NCBI GenBank assembly: GCA_947460235.1
Contig: CANHGK010000004.1
Coordinates: 26,144-90,143 of the forward strand
Length of the DNA: 64,000 bases
Direction: 5' to 3'
Source of the DNA: Paenibacillaceae bacterium
Lineage (GTDB): Bacteria; Bacillota; Bacilli; Paenibacillales; CANHGK01
Within the stretch, counting starts at the first letter, position 1, and each line of letters opens with the position of its first letter. Positions 9,905-19,830 of the stretch are shown here, in pieces. A program made the translations under genes and the position numbers. Below the pieces are notes generated by a model that was given only the letters and a program-made list of their open reading frames with translations, did no database searches and had not been told where the DNA came from.

Positions 9905-10345
9905 TTAATTTTTCTTCTCTGGTGCAATATTTTTTAAATCCTCTTGATTTTGTTTCAAGTTCTGTGCGTTTTTATCAACAACATGCAACAACATCGTTAT
10001 ATCTTTTTCTTTTTGACCATTAATTACGCTATTCAATAGATAGTCTCCCAATTGGGTTGGGACCGTCCAATCTTTCGACTCCGTTTTATTGCCCTCCACT
10101 TCAACATTTAATCCGATCACATCATTGGTGAAGGTGTGTTTATCATTTGTACCATTGGAAATAAACCAACGTACTTTTTCTCCAGCGCGCAGTGACAACT
10201 CTTTCGGTGCCATTTGGTTTCCAACTAAAAGTACATGTTGTTCGGTCCGATCTTCAGGAGTTTCTCCAGGTTTCGGTTCGCATCCAGATAGTAGCAGAAC
10301 TAAAATTAAAATTGCTAGTAAAATACCGATTCCAAATTTACGCAT
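9905..10345 (-). CDS. lipoprotein with a cupredoxin-like beta-sandwich domain and no obvious Cu ligands
   Basis: ATG at 10345 after AAGAGGA. Lipobox LLLSGC. The pattern MAPKELSLRAGEKVRWFISNGTNDKHTF...LGDY resembles cupredoxin-fold accessory proteins. There is no Cys beyond the lipobox. Confidence 0.55.
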   Translation of the reverse strand: MRKFGIGILLAILILVLLLSGCEPKPGETPEDRTEQHVLLVGNQMAPKELSLRAGEKVRWFISNGTNDKHTFTNDVIGLNVEVEGNKTESKDWTVPTQLGDYLLNSVINGQKEKDITMLLHVVDKNAQNLKQNQEDLKNIAPEKKN

Positions 10346-10370
10346 CTTGTTATCCTCTTTTCTAAAATTA

Positions 10371-13300
10371 TTACATATTATTAACAATCTGATTCGATAT
10401 TGTCTTTAAAATCCCTGCTTCATTAATTCTTTTCATGTATGGAATCGTTATATGAAATTTCGTCCCTTCTCCAACTTTCGAACGAACATAGATCTCACCA
10501 TTCATTTGTTCAACTTCATGCTTAAATGCATCCAATCCGTATCCGCGTCCGGAAATTTCAGTTACTTTGTCCCGCGTGCTAAAATTCGAGTGGAAAACAT
10601 ATTGAATGACTTTATCATCATGCATTTTTTTCATTTCTTCCATTGAATTTAGCCCTTTTTGGAAAACTTTCAACCGAATCATTTCCGGATCTATCCCACT
10701 TCCATTGTCTTCAATGACCAAATGAATATCAAAATCAGTTCTTGTTAAATGACACGAGATTGTCCCAAACATTTCTTTTCCTTCCATAATACGACTTTCA
10801 AATGTTTCAATACCATGGTCAACTGCATTACGAAACAAATGTACGATCGACTTGTTAAAATCTTTAAAATCCGATGGATCAACTAAAATCATCTCACCAT
10901 ATACTTTTAATGGTTTTATTGATTTATTCATTTTCATTGCCAATGTTTCAATCGTTTGAGTATGCGTCATCAACAATTGGTTCAGCGGTACATAATATAA
11001 TTTTCGTAATTCGGTTAACATTTCAAGTTGCTCAGATGATTTGAATTTATTAATAACCATTTTTTCGAGATTTCTAATCAAATTCGGATCAACCGCAAGT
11101 GTATCTTCTTGATACAAAAAGGTAGTGCCTAAAATTTCAGAAATTTTATCAATATCTATTTTTGCCAAATCGTATAAATCATTTTTTAAGAAATGTACCT
11201 TCCATTGATCCTTTTCAAGTTCATCGTTAAACCCCATAAATTGCTCTTCTAAATCATGCAATGCTTTTGGAAGCGTTGAAAATGACAATTGCGAAAAATT
11301 CCCCTTAAATGTGTGTAATGCGCGCATCACATCATCAAACGTTAATGGATGAATGGCATCTCCAAACGTAAGTTCCACTCTCAACTGTTTCGTAAAATCT
11401 CGGAATGTTTTTAACAAATCAATACATTCCATTTTTCTTGTTACAACATTTACAATCATCCGTTGCAAATCTTGCTCGGATTTAATTTGTTGCGATAATT
11501 TAGTTTTCTCGGTTACATCGGTTAAAATCATCATGATTGATAGCGGATGATGCTCCGATTTTACTAATTCTTTAACTTCAAAAATGATTTGCTTCCCTCG
11601 AATGTTAACTTCTTTAGGCAACAATTCCAACATCAATTCACGAGTAGTTCTGTTTGGCGTTACAAACCATTCTTGTAAAATTTGTTTGAATAACGTTTGC
11701 TCATCTGATTTCATTGAATAAACTAGTTTATCGATCTCTACATCAACTATTTCTTGCTCAAAAATGTCTCTGCATACGGAACTATATTCTGAGTCTACTT
11801 TCAATGTTTTATCGAAACTTAAAAATCCTTGATCAGAATGATTCATTAAACTTTTGATTTGAACAGTTCGCTCTTGAACCGCATCTTCCAATTGTTGATT
11901 CCAATTTGCTAATCTAAGATGTAACTTCAGTCGAGCAAGTAATTCCGGCTTTGTAAAAGGTTTTACCAGATAATCATTTGCACCAACATCAAAACCTTGC
12001 ACCAAATCATTAACCTGATTTTTTGCAGTCAATAAAATGATTGGTAATTCTGATGAATGATAAATCTCTCGGACTTTCTCACAAACATCAAAACCGCTCA
12101 TTTGTGGCATCATTACGTCCAATAAAAGAATATCTGGCTTCAATTTATTTTGAATCAAATTCATTGCTTCCATGCCACTAGAAGCTTTGATAATTTCAAA
12201 ATTCAACATCGATAAATGATTTTCCAATACTAATAAATTGACTGGCTCATCATCAACAATTAATATTTTTGCACCCTTCAATTTCGAAAACTCTTCAACA
12301 TCTTTATCAGAATGAATCGTATCATCCTGCTGTTCGGTTGTCGGTTTTTGTGTAACTTGTGCAATACCACCGATATTCGTCAATTGAACAGCTTTCTCAC
12401 TTGTCGTGGGCAATGTAAAACTAAACGTTGATCCTTGTCCTACGATACTTTGAACTTGGATAGAACCTTGATGTAACTCGACCAGCATTTTTGTTACACT
12501 CAAACCGAGTCCAGTTCCCCCGTGTTTACGCGTTTCATCCCCCTGACCTTGTTCAAAACTCATAAAAATACGTTCATGAAGTTCAAATGGAATTCCAACC
12601 CCTGAATCGGTAACCGATATAAGTAATTGATCCCCGTATAATACTCTCGCACTGATGACAACTTGTCCTTCCTCAGTGAATTTCAGTGCATTTCCGAGCA
12701 AATTATATAAAATTTGTTGTAATCGGTTGGCGTCCGCATGTACTGCGGGTAACTCCACATCTACCGAACTACTTAGTGTAATCTGCTTTTGGTTGGCTAA
12801 TGGAATAAACATCGTAATCACAAGATCAACGACTTCATTCAACTTAAGCGGTTGTTGATTTAATTGTATTTCTTTCTCTTTTATTTTTGAGAAATCCAAA
12901 ATATCATTAATCAGATTCATTAATCTTCTACCGCTCGCGACAACCATTCCTAAGTTATATTTCGCGATTTTATTCATATCACCCGCCGCACCATCGATCA
13001 ACGATTCGGATAAGCCAATGATCCCGTTCAAAGGCGTTCGTAATTCATGTGATGTATTCGCTAAAAATTGATCTTTTAATTTATCCATTAATGACAATTC
13101 AATATTTTTTTGCTCAATCTCTTCAAAAAAACGTTGTGATTGCCGGTACATTTTCACAAACCTTCTGCTTAAAACAGCAGCTAATATCACGACCAATGCT
13201 AAAAACACAAGAGAAGAGAGTAACATGTAAAACATTTGATTACTTTTCTCAAATAATTTATCCGTTGGAAAATATGCATACAGATTCCATGTTGATTTAT

Positions 13301-14144
13301 CAATCGTAGACTTTAATTCCAACCATTCATTATCTTCAGCATCCGTTTCATAAGTAAATGATTGATTCGAATCCAATAACTTTGTTATTTTCTCAAGTCC
13401 AGCGACATTACCCGCGATTCGTTTGTGATTTGGATCTAGAATAATTGTCCCTGCATCATCACCAAGTTCAACGGAGCTTAAAATCTCATCAAGTGCAGTT
13501 TGTTTTATTTCCATCAACAAAACCATTTCTTGATCCGGTTGTTTCAAATTTGTTACAACACGCCCAATTGTAAATGTCGGCATTGACCCGAATCCAAAAA
13601 AACCTCTTTCTTCCGTTGGAAACCAAACGATCGAACCATTTGCATGAATGATTTGCTCAAATTTCGAACTACTTAGATCATCAAACTTCATGTTTGGTCC
13701 CGGATATGAGCGCATCATGAGTGTTTCGTCGGACCCAGAAAAATAAAAATCTCTATAGTTTACTTTTGGAATCAATGCGATTGAACTAATCGTTTGCGAA
13801 TCCCCGTCACGAAAGCTATTCAATATTTTTTGTCCATCATCTCTAGCTTTATTCCTTAACGATAGCGGTAACCTTTGATCATTCATTCGATCTACCTCAA
13901 TGATCAACATTTGACTCAAACGAATTTGATCTGTTAATTTATTAAATCCGTCTAAAAACATCGATACATGTGATGCCGTTTGTTCAATCGTCTGACCCGT
14001 AGATTCCGCAACATTTGTTTTTATCATATTTTGTATTCCAGAAAATGTATAAATACTAATTACAAAAACGACACTCAAACTAATAAAAAATACTCCGAAG
14101 AATATAACCAACCCTTTATTTATCCCTTTTTGAGAGGTATTCAT
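10371..14144 (-). CDS. hybrid sensor histidine kinase with a second, CheA-type module (sensor-TM-HisKA-HATPase-REC-PAS-like-Hpt-CheA-like HATPase)
   Basis: H-box NTSHELRTPLNG. G-boxes GGTGLGLSV. Receiver ILIVDDEP...LLLDVMMPQMSG...YLVKPF. Hpt motif ALHTFKGN (His codon 11313-11315). CheA-type N-box HLFRNAVDHGIE (about 10805-10845), IEDNGSGID, SGRGYGLD. ATG 14144 lies 8 nt after a GGAGG that overlaps the upstream kinase stop. Confidence 0.85.
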   Translation of the reverse strand: MNTSQKGINKGLVIFFGVFFISLSVVFVISIYTFSGIQNMIKTNVAESTGQTIEQTASHVSMFLDGFNKLTDQIRLSQMLIIEVDRMNDQRLPLSLRNKARDDGQKILNSFRDGDSQTISSIALIPKVNYRDFYFSGSDETLMMRSYPGPNMKFDDLSSSKFEQIIHANGSIVWFPTEERGFFGFGSMPTFTIGRVVTNLKQPDQEMVLLMEIKQTALDEILSSVELGDDAGTIILDPNHKRIAGNVAGLEKITKLLDSNQSFTYETDAEDNEWLELKSTIDKSTWNLYAYFPTDKLFEKSNQMFYMLLSSLVFLALVVILAAVLSRRFVKMYRQSQRFFEEIEQKNIELSLMDKLKDQFLANTSHELRTPLNGIIGLSESLIDGAAGDMNKIAKYNLGMVVASGRRLMNLINDILDFSKIKEKEIQLNQQPLKLNEVVDLVITMFIPLANQKQITLSSSVDVELPAVHADANRLQQILYNLLGNALKFTEEGQVVISARVLYGDQLLISVTDSGVGIPFELHERIFMSFEQGQGDETRKHGGTGLGLSVTKMLVELHQGSIQVQSIVGQGSTFSFTLPTTSEKAVQLTNIGGIAQVTQKPTTEQQDDTIHSDKDVEEFSKLKGAKILIVDDEPVNLLVLENHLSMLNFEIIKASSGMEAMNLIQNKLKPDILLLDVMMPQMSGFDVCEKVREIYHSSELPIILLTAKNQVNDLVQGFDVGANDYLVKPFTKPELLARLKLHLRLANWNQQLEDAVQERTVQIKSLMNHSDQGFLSFDKTLKVDSEYSSVCRDIFEQEIVDVEIDKLVYSMKSDEQTLFKQILQEWFVTPNRTTRELMLELLPKEVNIRGKQIIFEVKELVKSEHHPLSIMMILTDVTEKTKLSQQIKSEQDLQRMIVNVVTRKMECIDLLKTFRDFTKQLRVELTFGDAIHPLTFDDVMRALHTFKGNFSQLSFSTLPKALHDLEEQFMGFNDELEKDQWKVHFLKNDLYDLAKIDIDKISEILGTTFLYQEDTLAVDPNLIRNLEKMVINKFKSSEQLEMLTELRKLYYVPLNQLLMTHTQTIETLAMKMNKSIKPLKVYGEMILVDPSDFKDFNKSIVHLFRNAVDHGIETFESRIMEGKEMFGTISCHLTRTDFDIHLVIEDNGSGIDPEMIRLKVFQKGLNSMEEMKKMHDDKVIQYVFHSNFSTRDKVTEISGRGYGLDAFKHEVEQMNGEIYVRSKVGEGTKFHITIPYMKRINEAGILKTISNQIVNNM

Positions 14145-14149
14145 CAAAA

Positions 14150-16609
14150 TTACCTCCGATCCGCCTTTTCTAATATTTCAATACGCTCTTTCATCGCGCG
14201 AATTTGATGTTGCGTTTGACTTAATTTTAATTGAGCGTTCATCCGTGCAATTAATTCTTCTTTTGTAAATGGTTTAATTACATAATCATTAGCTCCTGAA
14301 TGGAAGCCTTCTACAATATCTTCTGGTTGATTTTTAGCTGTTAATAGAATAATTGGTAATTCGAGCGCTGATTTCATTTCCCTAACTTTCTTTGTTACTT
14401 CGTATCCAGACATTTTTGGCATCATTACGTCACAAAGTATAAGATCAATTTTCACTTTACTTTTTATTAATGCCATTGCTTCAATTCCGCTAGCAGCTGT
14501 TTGAATTCCAAAATTCAATCTAGAAAGATGGTTTGATAACACTTGTAGATTGATTGGTTCGTCATCCACAATTAGAATATTTACCTTACCTTCCGTTCGA
14601 AGTGAGACTGCTTCAACCAGTTCTTCCGTCGCATGTTGAATTCTCTCAACGAACAAGGTTTTTGTATCGATATACTGTGTTTCTGTAGTTTTATCTTCTT
14701 CACGTACAACTGGCAATGTAAATGTAAACGTACTTCCTTTTCCAACCATCGATTGCACCACAATTTTCCCACCATGAAGTTCGACTAAATCTTTAGTAAC
14801 TGCAAGCCCTAACCCTGTTCCACCAAATTTTCGTTCCGTCGTTCCATCGCCTTGCTCAAAAGATTGAAATATTCTTTCAAATAAAGCTGAATCGATCCCA
14901 ATCCCTGTATCCATTACTGAAATTTCAACAAATTGGTTTGAATATTTTGCTGACACGTTGACAGAACCGGTTTCTGTAAATTTGATCGCATTTGAAATTA
15001 AATTAAATAAAATTTGTTGAATTCGATTTCCATCCGCCCAAACCAATGGGATATCATCAGGAAATTCACATTCTAGAAGAATGTTTTTACGCTGAGCACT
15101 AGAATTAGTTAGCGTTACAACCATTTCCGTCATTTCTATGATATTGATTGCCTGTTGTTCCAATTTTAATTTTTCATTTTTGATTTTTGAAAAATCCAAA
15201 ATGTCATTAACCAAATTGGAGAGACGTTTCCCGCTTTGAACGACCATTTTTAAATTTTTCTTTACAAGATCACCCAACTGACCGGCAACACCATCGATCA
15301 ACGATTCAGCAATACCAATCATGCCATTGAGGGGTGTACGTAATTCATGCGACGTATTTGCTAAAATTTGATCCTTTAAGTGGTTCAAATGTGTTAATTG
15401 TTCGTTTTTCGTTTTTAATTCTGTGGACTGCTGTTCCAATTGTTTATTCTTTTTCTGAATTTCAATACTTGACATCTCAAGTTGGCTATTTTTAAATGAT
15501 AAATTTGATGAAGCTTCTTCTAACAAATGGGTTTTTTCACTCAGACTTATGTTTGATTTTTCGAGTTCCAATGAATAACTTTGCAAATCCAATTGAATGC
15601 CCAAAAATTTTCGAACCAGCATAAAACTCAAAAACAAAACGAAAGCAAGTAAACCAAAAATGACAAAAGAAATAATATTCGTTTTATCTACGTCTTTAAA
15701 TAAATCATTGACTGGAATTAATCCAACAATTTTCCAACCTGTCTCATGCGAGGTTTGAGAGATAATAATTTGATCTTTTCCATTAATTGAATCAATTTTA
15801 AATTCATCCATTGGTATGTCTTTATTATCAATCATAAAGTTGCTTTCAATAAGTGAATGATCTTTTGAATAGATGACTTTGCCAATTGAATCTACAATAT
15901 AGATCTCACTTCCCTCACCAAGTTCAACGTCATTAAATAATTCATCAAACTCTTTTACCATTACTTGTAACAAGATGAAATATGTTTCATTCTTATTGTT
16001 TTTAAAGTTACTTAGCTCACGGCCGAGTGAAATACTTGGACCTTTAAAGTCTTTAATCGCATTTGTCTCCATGGAACGCGGACGTAAAATACCATTTTTT
16101 AATGTAGGCGTCCAAAATGGTTTTTGAGAACTTGCAATTTGGGTTAATAAATGTAGGTTTTCTTCGTCAAATTGAATATTATAGTTTTCAATTCCTGTGC
16201 TGTTTACATAGTCTTTATAATCCATTTTCGTTAGTAACGAAGTTTTCAATAACATCATATTTTCAATATTGGGACTCACTGTCGTTAACATCGAAAGTTT
16301 TTGTTGTAATTTTGAATATTTAATCATATATTCTTGACGATTTTCATCTGGAAGCACTGTTAGTTGTTCACGAAGTTCTGGATCAAAGTTTACTTGATTA
16401 ATCAAATTTGAAAACCTTGACATGTCCATATCAAATTTATTTTTCAATTGTTGTACCGCAATAACCGATGCTTTTGATACTTTATCTTGAATTGTCGTTT
16501 TAGAAACTTGATTCGCATAAATGCTTCCTAAAGCCACTAGTACAATAACAATAAAAAATACAATAAAAAAGGATTTATGATTTGCGCGTTGCGTTTGATG
16601 TTGATGCAT
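14150..16609 (-). CDS. hybrid sensor histidine kinase (sensor-TM-coiled coil-HisKA-HATPase-REC)
   Basis: NTSHELRTPLNG, GGTGLGLAV, ILIVDDEPINL...CDVMMPKMSG...YVIKPF. GGAGG RBS before ATG 16609. Confidence 0.9.
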   Translation of the reverse strand: MHQHQTQRANHKSFFIVFFIVIVLVALGSIYANQVSKTTIQDKVSKASVIAVQQLKNKFDMDMSRFSNLINQVNFDPELREQLTVLPDENRQEYMIKYSKLQQKLSMLTTVSPNIENMMLLKTSLLTKMDYKDYVNSTGIENYNIQFDEENLHLLTQIASSQKPFWTPTLKNGILRPRSMETNAIKDFKGPSISLGRELSNFKNNKNETYFILLQVMVKEFDELFNDVELGEGSEIYIVDSIGKVIYSKDHSLIESNFMIDNKDIPMDEFKIDSINGKDQIIISQTSHETGWKIVGLIPVNDLFKDVDKTNIISFVIFGLLAFVLFLSFMLVRKFLGIQLDLQSYSLELEKSNISLSEKTHLLEEASSNLSFKNSQLEMSSIEIQKKNKQLEQQSTELKTKNEQLTHLNHLKDQILANTSHELRTPLNGMIGIAESLIDGVAGQLGDLVKKNLKMVVQSGKRLSNLVNDILDFSKIKNEKLKLEQQAINIIEMTEMVVTLTNSSAQRKNILLECEFPDDIPLVWADGNRIQQILFNLISNAIKFTETGSVNVSAKYSNQFVEISVMDTGIGIDSALFERIFQSFEQGDGTTERKFGGTGLGLAVTKDLVELHGGKIVVQSMVGKGSTFTFTLPVVREEDKTTETQYIDTKTLFVERIQHATEELVEAVSLRTEGKVNILIVDDEPINLQVLSNHLSRLNFGIQTAASGIEAMALIKSKVKIDLILCDVMMPKMSGYEVTKKVREMKSALELPIILLTAKNQPEDIVEGFHSGANDYVIKPFTKEELIARMNAQLKLSQTQHQIRAMKERIEILEKADRR

Positions 16610-16781
16610 GATAATTCCTCCGATGACAAAAGTGGTATATTTAGACTATTCTATGTTTGTTTGAATTCACCTTTCTAAACTATTTTCTCAGCAAGAATTT
16701 GTCCTTCAATCAAATAGGAAGTATGATAGATACATTGAAAAAATGAAGATCAAGCAAATACACAAAGAGGTGTAACCATCG

Positions 16782-17645
16782 ATGCAAGTTGTTACAGACT
16801 GGAAAGATTATACGGTTCTTGACGCCGGAAACGGTGAGAAATTAGAACGTTGGGGTAATGTTGTTCTGCGTAGACCTGACGCGCAAGTACTTTGGCCATT
16901 GGTTACAGAAACTGGAATTTGGAAGCAAGCTGATGGGCATTACCATCGCAGTTCAAGCGGCGGCGGAGAATGGGATTTCAAAAAGAAAATTCCGGAACGT
17001 TGGACCGTTCAATATAATGAATTAAAATTTTACGTTCGACCGACAAGTTTTAAGCATACTGGATTGTTCCCTGAACAAGCAGTGAATTGGAATTGGATGA
17101 CAGATAAAATCAAAAAAGCCGATCGTGAAATTCATGTATTGAATTTATTTGCATATACAGGTGGTGCTACAATCGCGTGCGCTTCTGCAGGAGCAAATGT
17201 TTGCCACGTGGATGCATCGAAAGGGATTGTCCAATGGGCTCGCGAAAATGCGAACTTGAATGGTTTCGAGCAACGTCCAATTCGTTGGATCGTAGATGAT
17301 GTGTTTAAATTTGTGGAACGTGAACAGCGACGCGGACGTAAATATGATGCGATCATTATGGATCCACCGACGTATGGCCGTGGTTCAAATGGGGAGATTT
17401 GGAAGTTTGAAGATCATCTTGGGCCATTTTTGAAAGCATGTTGCACATTACTTTCTGATGATCCTTTATTTGTGCTAATTAATTCATACACAAGCGGTAT
17501 TTCACCGACCGTATTGCAAAATTTATTGCAGTTAACGATCCCAAAAAAACATAGTGGTTTGTTAACTTGCGGTGAAATCGGCTTGCCAATAGAATCAAAT
17601 GAATTGGTGTTGCCTGCAGGAATATTCGGTCGTTGGGAGGCATAA
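16782..17645 (+). CDS. class I SAM-dependent RNA methyltransferase (COG1092 / RlmI-RlmK-like)
   Basis: 287 aa. SAM motif VLNLFAYTGGATIACA and DPPTYG. Confidence 0.75.
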   Translation: MQVVTDWKDYTVLDAGNGEKLERWGNVVLRRPDAQVLWPLVTETGIWKQADGHYHRSSSGGGEWDFKKKIPERWTVQYNELKFYVRPTSFKHTGLFPEQAVNWNWMTDKIKKADREIHVLNLFAYTGGATIACASAGANVCHVDASKGIVQWARENANLNGFEQRPIRWIVDDVFKFVEREQRRGRKYDAIIMDPPTYGRGSNGEIWKFEDHLGPFLKACCTLLSDDPLFVLINSYTSGISPTVLQNLLQLTIPKKHSGLLTCGEIGLPIESNELVLPAGIFGRWEA

Positions 17646-17647
17646 TT

Positions 17648-18322
17648 GTGCCTGAAATCCAAATCGTTTATGAAGACAATCATCTTCTCGTTGTTGTGAA
17701 ACCACCAAATGTATTGTCCCAGGCTGATGCTGGCGGTGATGAAGATATGCTTACTTTGTTAAAAGATTTTATCAAAATGCGTGACCAGAAACCTGGAAAT
17801 GTTTTTATGGGTTTGGTTCACCGCTTAGATCGTCCTGTCGGAGGATTGATGGTGTTTGCCAAAACGTCAAAAGCTGCGAGCCGGTTATCTGAATCGGTGA
17901 GGGCCCGAACGTTTGATAAATTGTATCATGCCGTTGTACACGGATTTCCGAATCCTCAAGAAGGACGTTTGAAACACTGGCTTCGCAAAAACGAATCAAC
18001 TCAAATGGTTTCGGTTGTTAACGCAGGAACAAAAGATGGTAAAGAAGCGATTCTCGATTATCAAGTACTACGTACAACGCGAGACTATAGCTTAATTCAA
18101 GTGAAATTATTAACAGGAAGACCACATCAAATACGTGTGCAATGTGCTCATTCTGGGTTTCCAATTGTTGGTGATCGAAAATATGGCAAACAAAGCGATG
18201 CTCGTGAAATTGAGACGATCGCACTTTGGGCCGTTGAACTTGGCTTCCCACATCCCGTTCGCGATGAATGGATGCATTTTCAATTAAAAACGCCTGCAAC
18301 GAGACCATGGATTGAGATATAA
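17648..18322 (+). CDS. RluA family pseudouridine synthase
   Basis: GTG 17648 lies 7 nt after GGGAGG. Catalytic HRLDRPVGGLMVFAKT and GRPHQIRVQ motifs. Confidence 0.85.
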   Translation: MPEIQIVYEDNHLLVVVKPPNVLSQADAGGDEDMLTLLKDFIKMRDQKPGNVFMGLVHRLDRPVGGLMVFAKTSKAASRLSESVRARTFDKLYHAVVHGFPNPQEGRLKHWLRKNESTQMVSVVNAGTKDGKEAILDYQVLRTTRDYSLIQVKLLTGRPHQIRVQCAHSGFPIVGDRKYGKQSDAREIETIALWAVELGFPHPVRDEWMHFQLKTPATRPWIEI

Positions 18323-18401
18323 CACGACATTTCCATTCCCATTTCAGATGAAATTGAGTACACTTATTGTAAGCTGTTACACCAAGAGAGGATGATTATA
18401 T

Positions 18402-18950
18402 TTGACAATTATGAACGCATCATCCAAAGACGGTAACTTACATGACTCACTTCATGTCATTCAACAATTTGGTGATGTATTGAAAGTAAAATGTACGAAA
18501 GCAGATTTATGGGAAGTAGATCAACAAATCGTCCTGCACGATGAAGAAAACAACAATTTCTCGGCATTTTTAGTTCGTAAATTTGATACGTATCTTTATT
18601 TATATACGAAGTTACGCGGTCCAAGTTTAACTGAACGACGTAAGTTGCCTCGAATGGTTATGAGCACTTCGAGTACGATTCATTTAGGTGATCATGAAAT
18701 GAACACAAATACCGTTGATATCAATTGGGAGGGCTTTACGCTTGCGATTACGGAGGAATCTTCTCGATTGAAATTGAAATTGTTCAAGGGTAAACCTGAA
18801 TTAACCGTAACACTTGGTGATTGTACGTTACGTATGCCAGTAAAATTTATTCATGGCAAAAGTTCGCAAATTAAAGTTGGGGTTTTGATCAGCGATATCG
18901 ATCAAGCCATGTTCGAAAAATTATGTAATTACTTGATCACGATGAATTGA
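18402..18950 (+). CDS. hypothetical protein with a possible PilZ-like C-terminal domain
   Basis: 182 aa with a TTG start. ERRKLPR ... DINWEGF loosely resembles the RxxxR / DxSxxG PilZ motifs. Confidence 0.45.
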   Translation: MTIMNASSKDGNLHDSLHVIQQFGDVLKVKCTKADLWEVDQQIVLHDEENNNFSAFLVRKFDTYLYLYTKLRGPSLTERRKLPRMVMSTSSTIHLGDHEMNTNTVDINWEGFTLAITEESSRLKLKLFKGKPELTVTLGDCTLRMPVKFIHGKSSQIKVGVLISDIDQAMFEKLCNYLITMN

Positions 18951-18966
18951 GGAGGATATTAAATTT

Positions 18967-19767
18967 ATGAAATTACAAGGTACAGGACTTATCGTTGTTA
19001 TCATCATTGTAGCAGCAATTCTCATTACACCATTATCTTTTGGAACCGTTGAATACGGACACGTTGGATTTGTGAAACGCTTTGGAAATCTCCAACCAAC
19101 ACAACTAGGTCCTGGTTTACACATGATTATTCCAGGCATTGATTCCATTGTACAAGTAGATCTTCGCGTTGGAAAAGTTGAAGCAGATGCGACAGCAGCA
19201 AGCAAAGATACGCAAAAAGTACATGCAAAGATCGTAGTAAACTATATTGTTGACCGAAACAACGCATATGAATTACTTACAACGGTTGGCCCAGACTTTG
19301 AAGATAAAGTCATTCATCCTTCCATTCAAGAATCATTGAAGAAAGTAACCGCAAAATACACTGCGACGGATTTGTTGGATAAGCGAGATATCGTTGCTCA
19401 ACAGACATTCGACGCATCTGCGCAGAAATTAATGAAATATGCGTTGAATGTTCGTGATGTAAATATCGTAGACTTTGATTTTTCAGATGACTTTAATAAA
19501 GCGATCGAATCGAAACAAGCTGCACAACAAATGGTATTTAAGGCAGAAAATGATCTCAAACGTGTTCAAATTGAAGCACAACAACAAATTGAACAAGCTC
19601 GCGCCGAAGCCGAATCGTTACGATTAAAGAAACTAGAAATCACACCTGAATTGGTTAATTTGAAACGCATTGAAATTCAACAAAAAGCAATCGAGAAGTG
19701 GGACGGTAAGTTACCAAGTGTAACTGGAGGCACGACGCCATTTATTGATGTTTCTTCCATGAAATAA
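18967..19767 (+). CDS. SPFH / band-7 (prohibitin-HflC-like) membrane protein
   Basis: N-terminal TM, an SPFH core, and a C-terminal coiled coil (QIEAQQQIEQARAEAESLR). GAGGAGG RBS. Confidence 0.85.
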   Translation: MKLQGTGLIVVIIIVAAILITPLSFGTVEYGHVGFVKRFGNLQPTQLGPGLHMIIPGIDSIVQVDLRVGKVEADATAASKDTQKVHAKIVVNYIVDRNNAYELLTTVGPDFEDKVIHPSIQESLKKVTAKYTATDLLDKRDIVAQQTFDASAQKLMKYALNVRDVNIVDFDFSDDFNKAIESKQAAQQMVFKAENDLKRVQIEAQQQIEQARAEAESLRLKKLEITPELVNLKRIEIQQKAIEKWDGKLPSVTGGTTPFIDVSSMK

Positions 19768-19775
19768 TGTTAAAC

Positions 19776-19830
19776 AAGGCTGGAAATCATCCCCCGACGA
19801 TTGGGAGCATGAATTCCAGCCTTTTTTTTA
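19776..19830 (+). terminator. rho-independent terminator
   Basis: aaggctggaa...ttccagcctt followed by T8. The T-run overlaps the stop codon of the convergent kinase gene. Confidence 0.6.
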
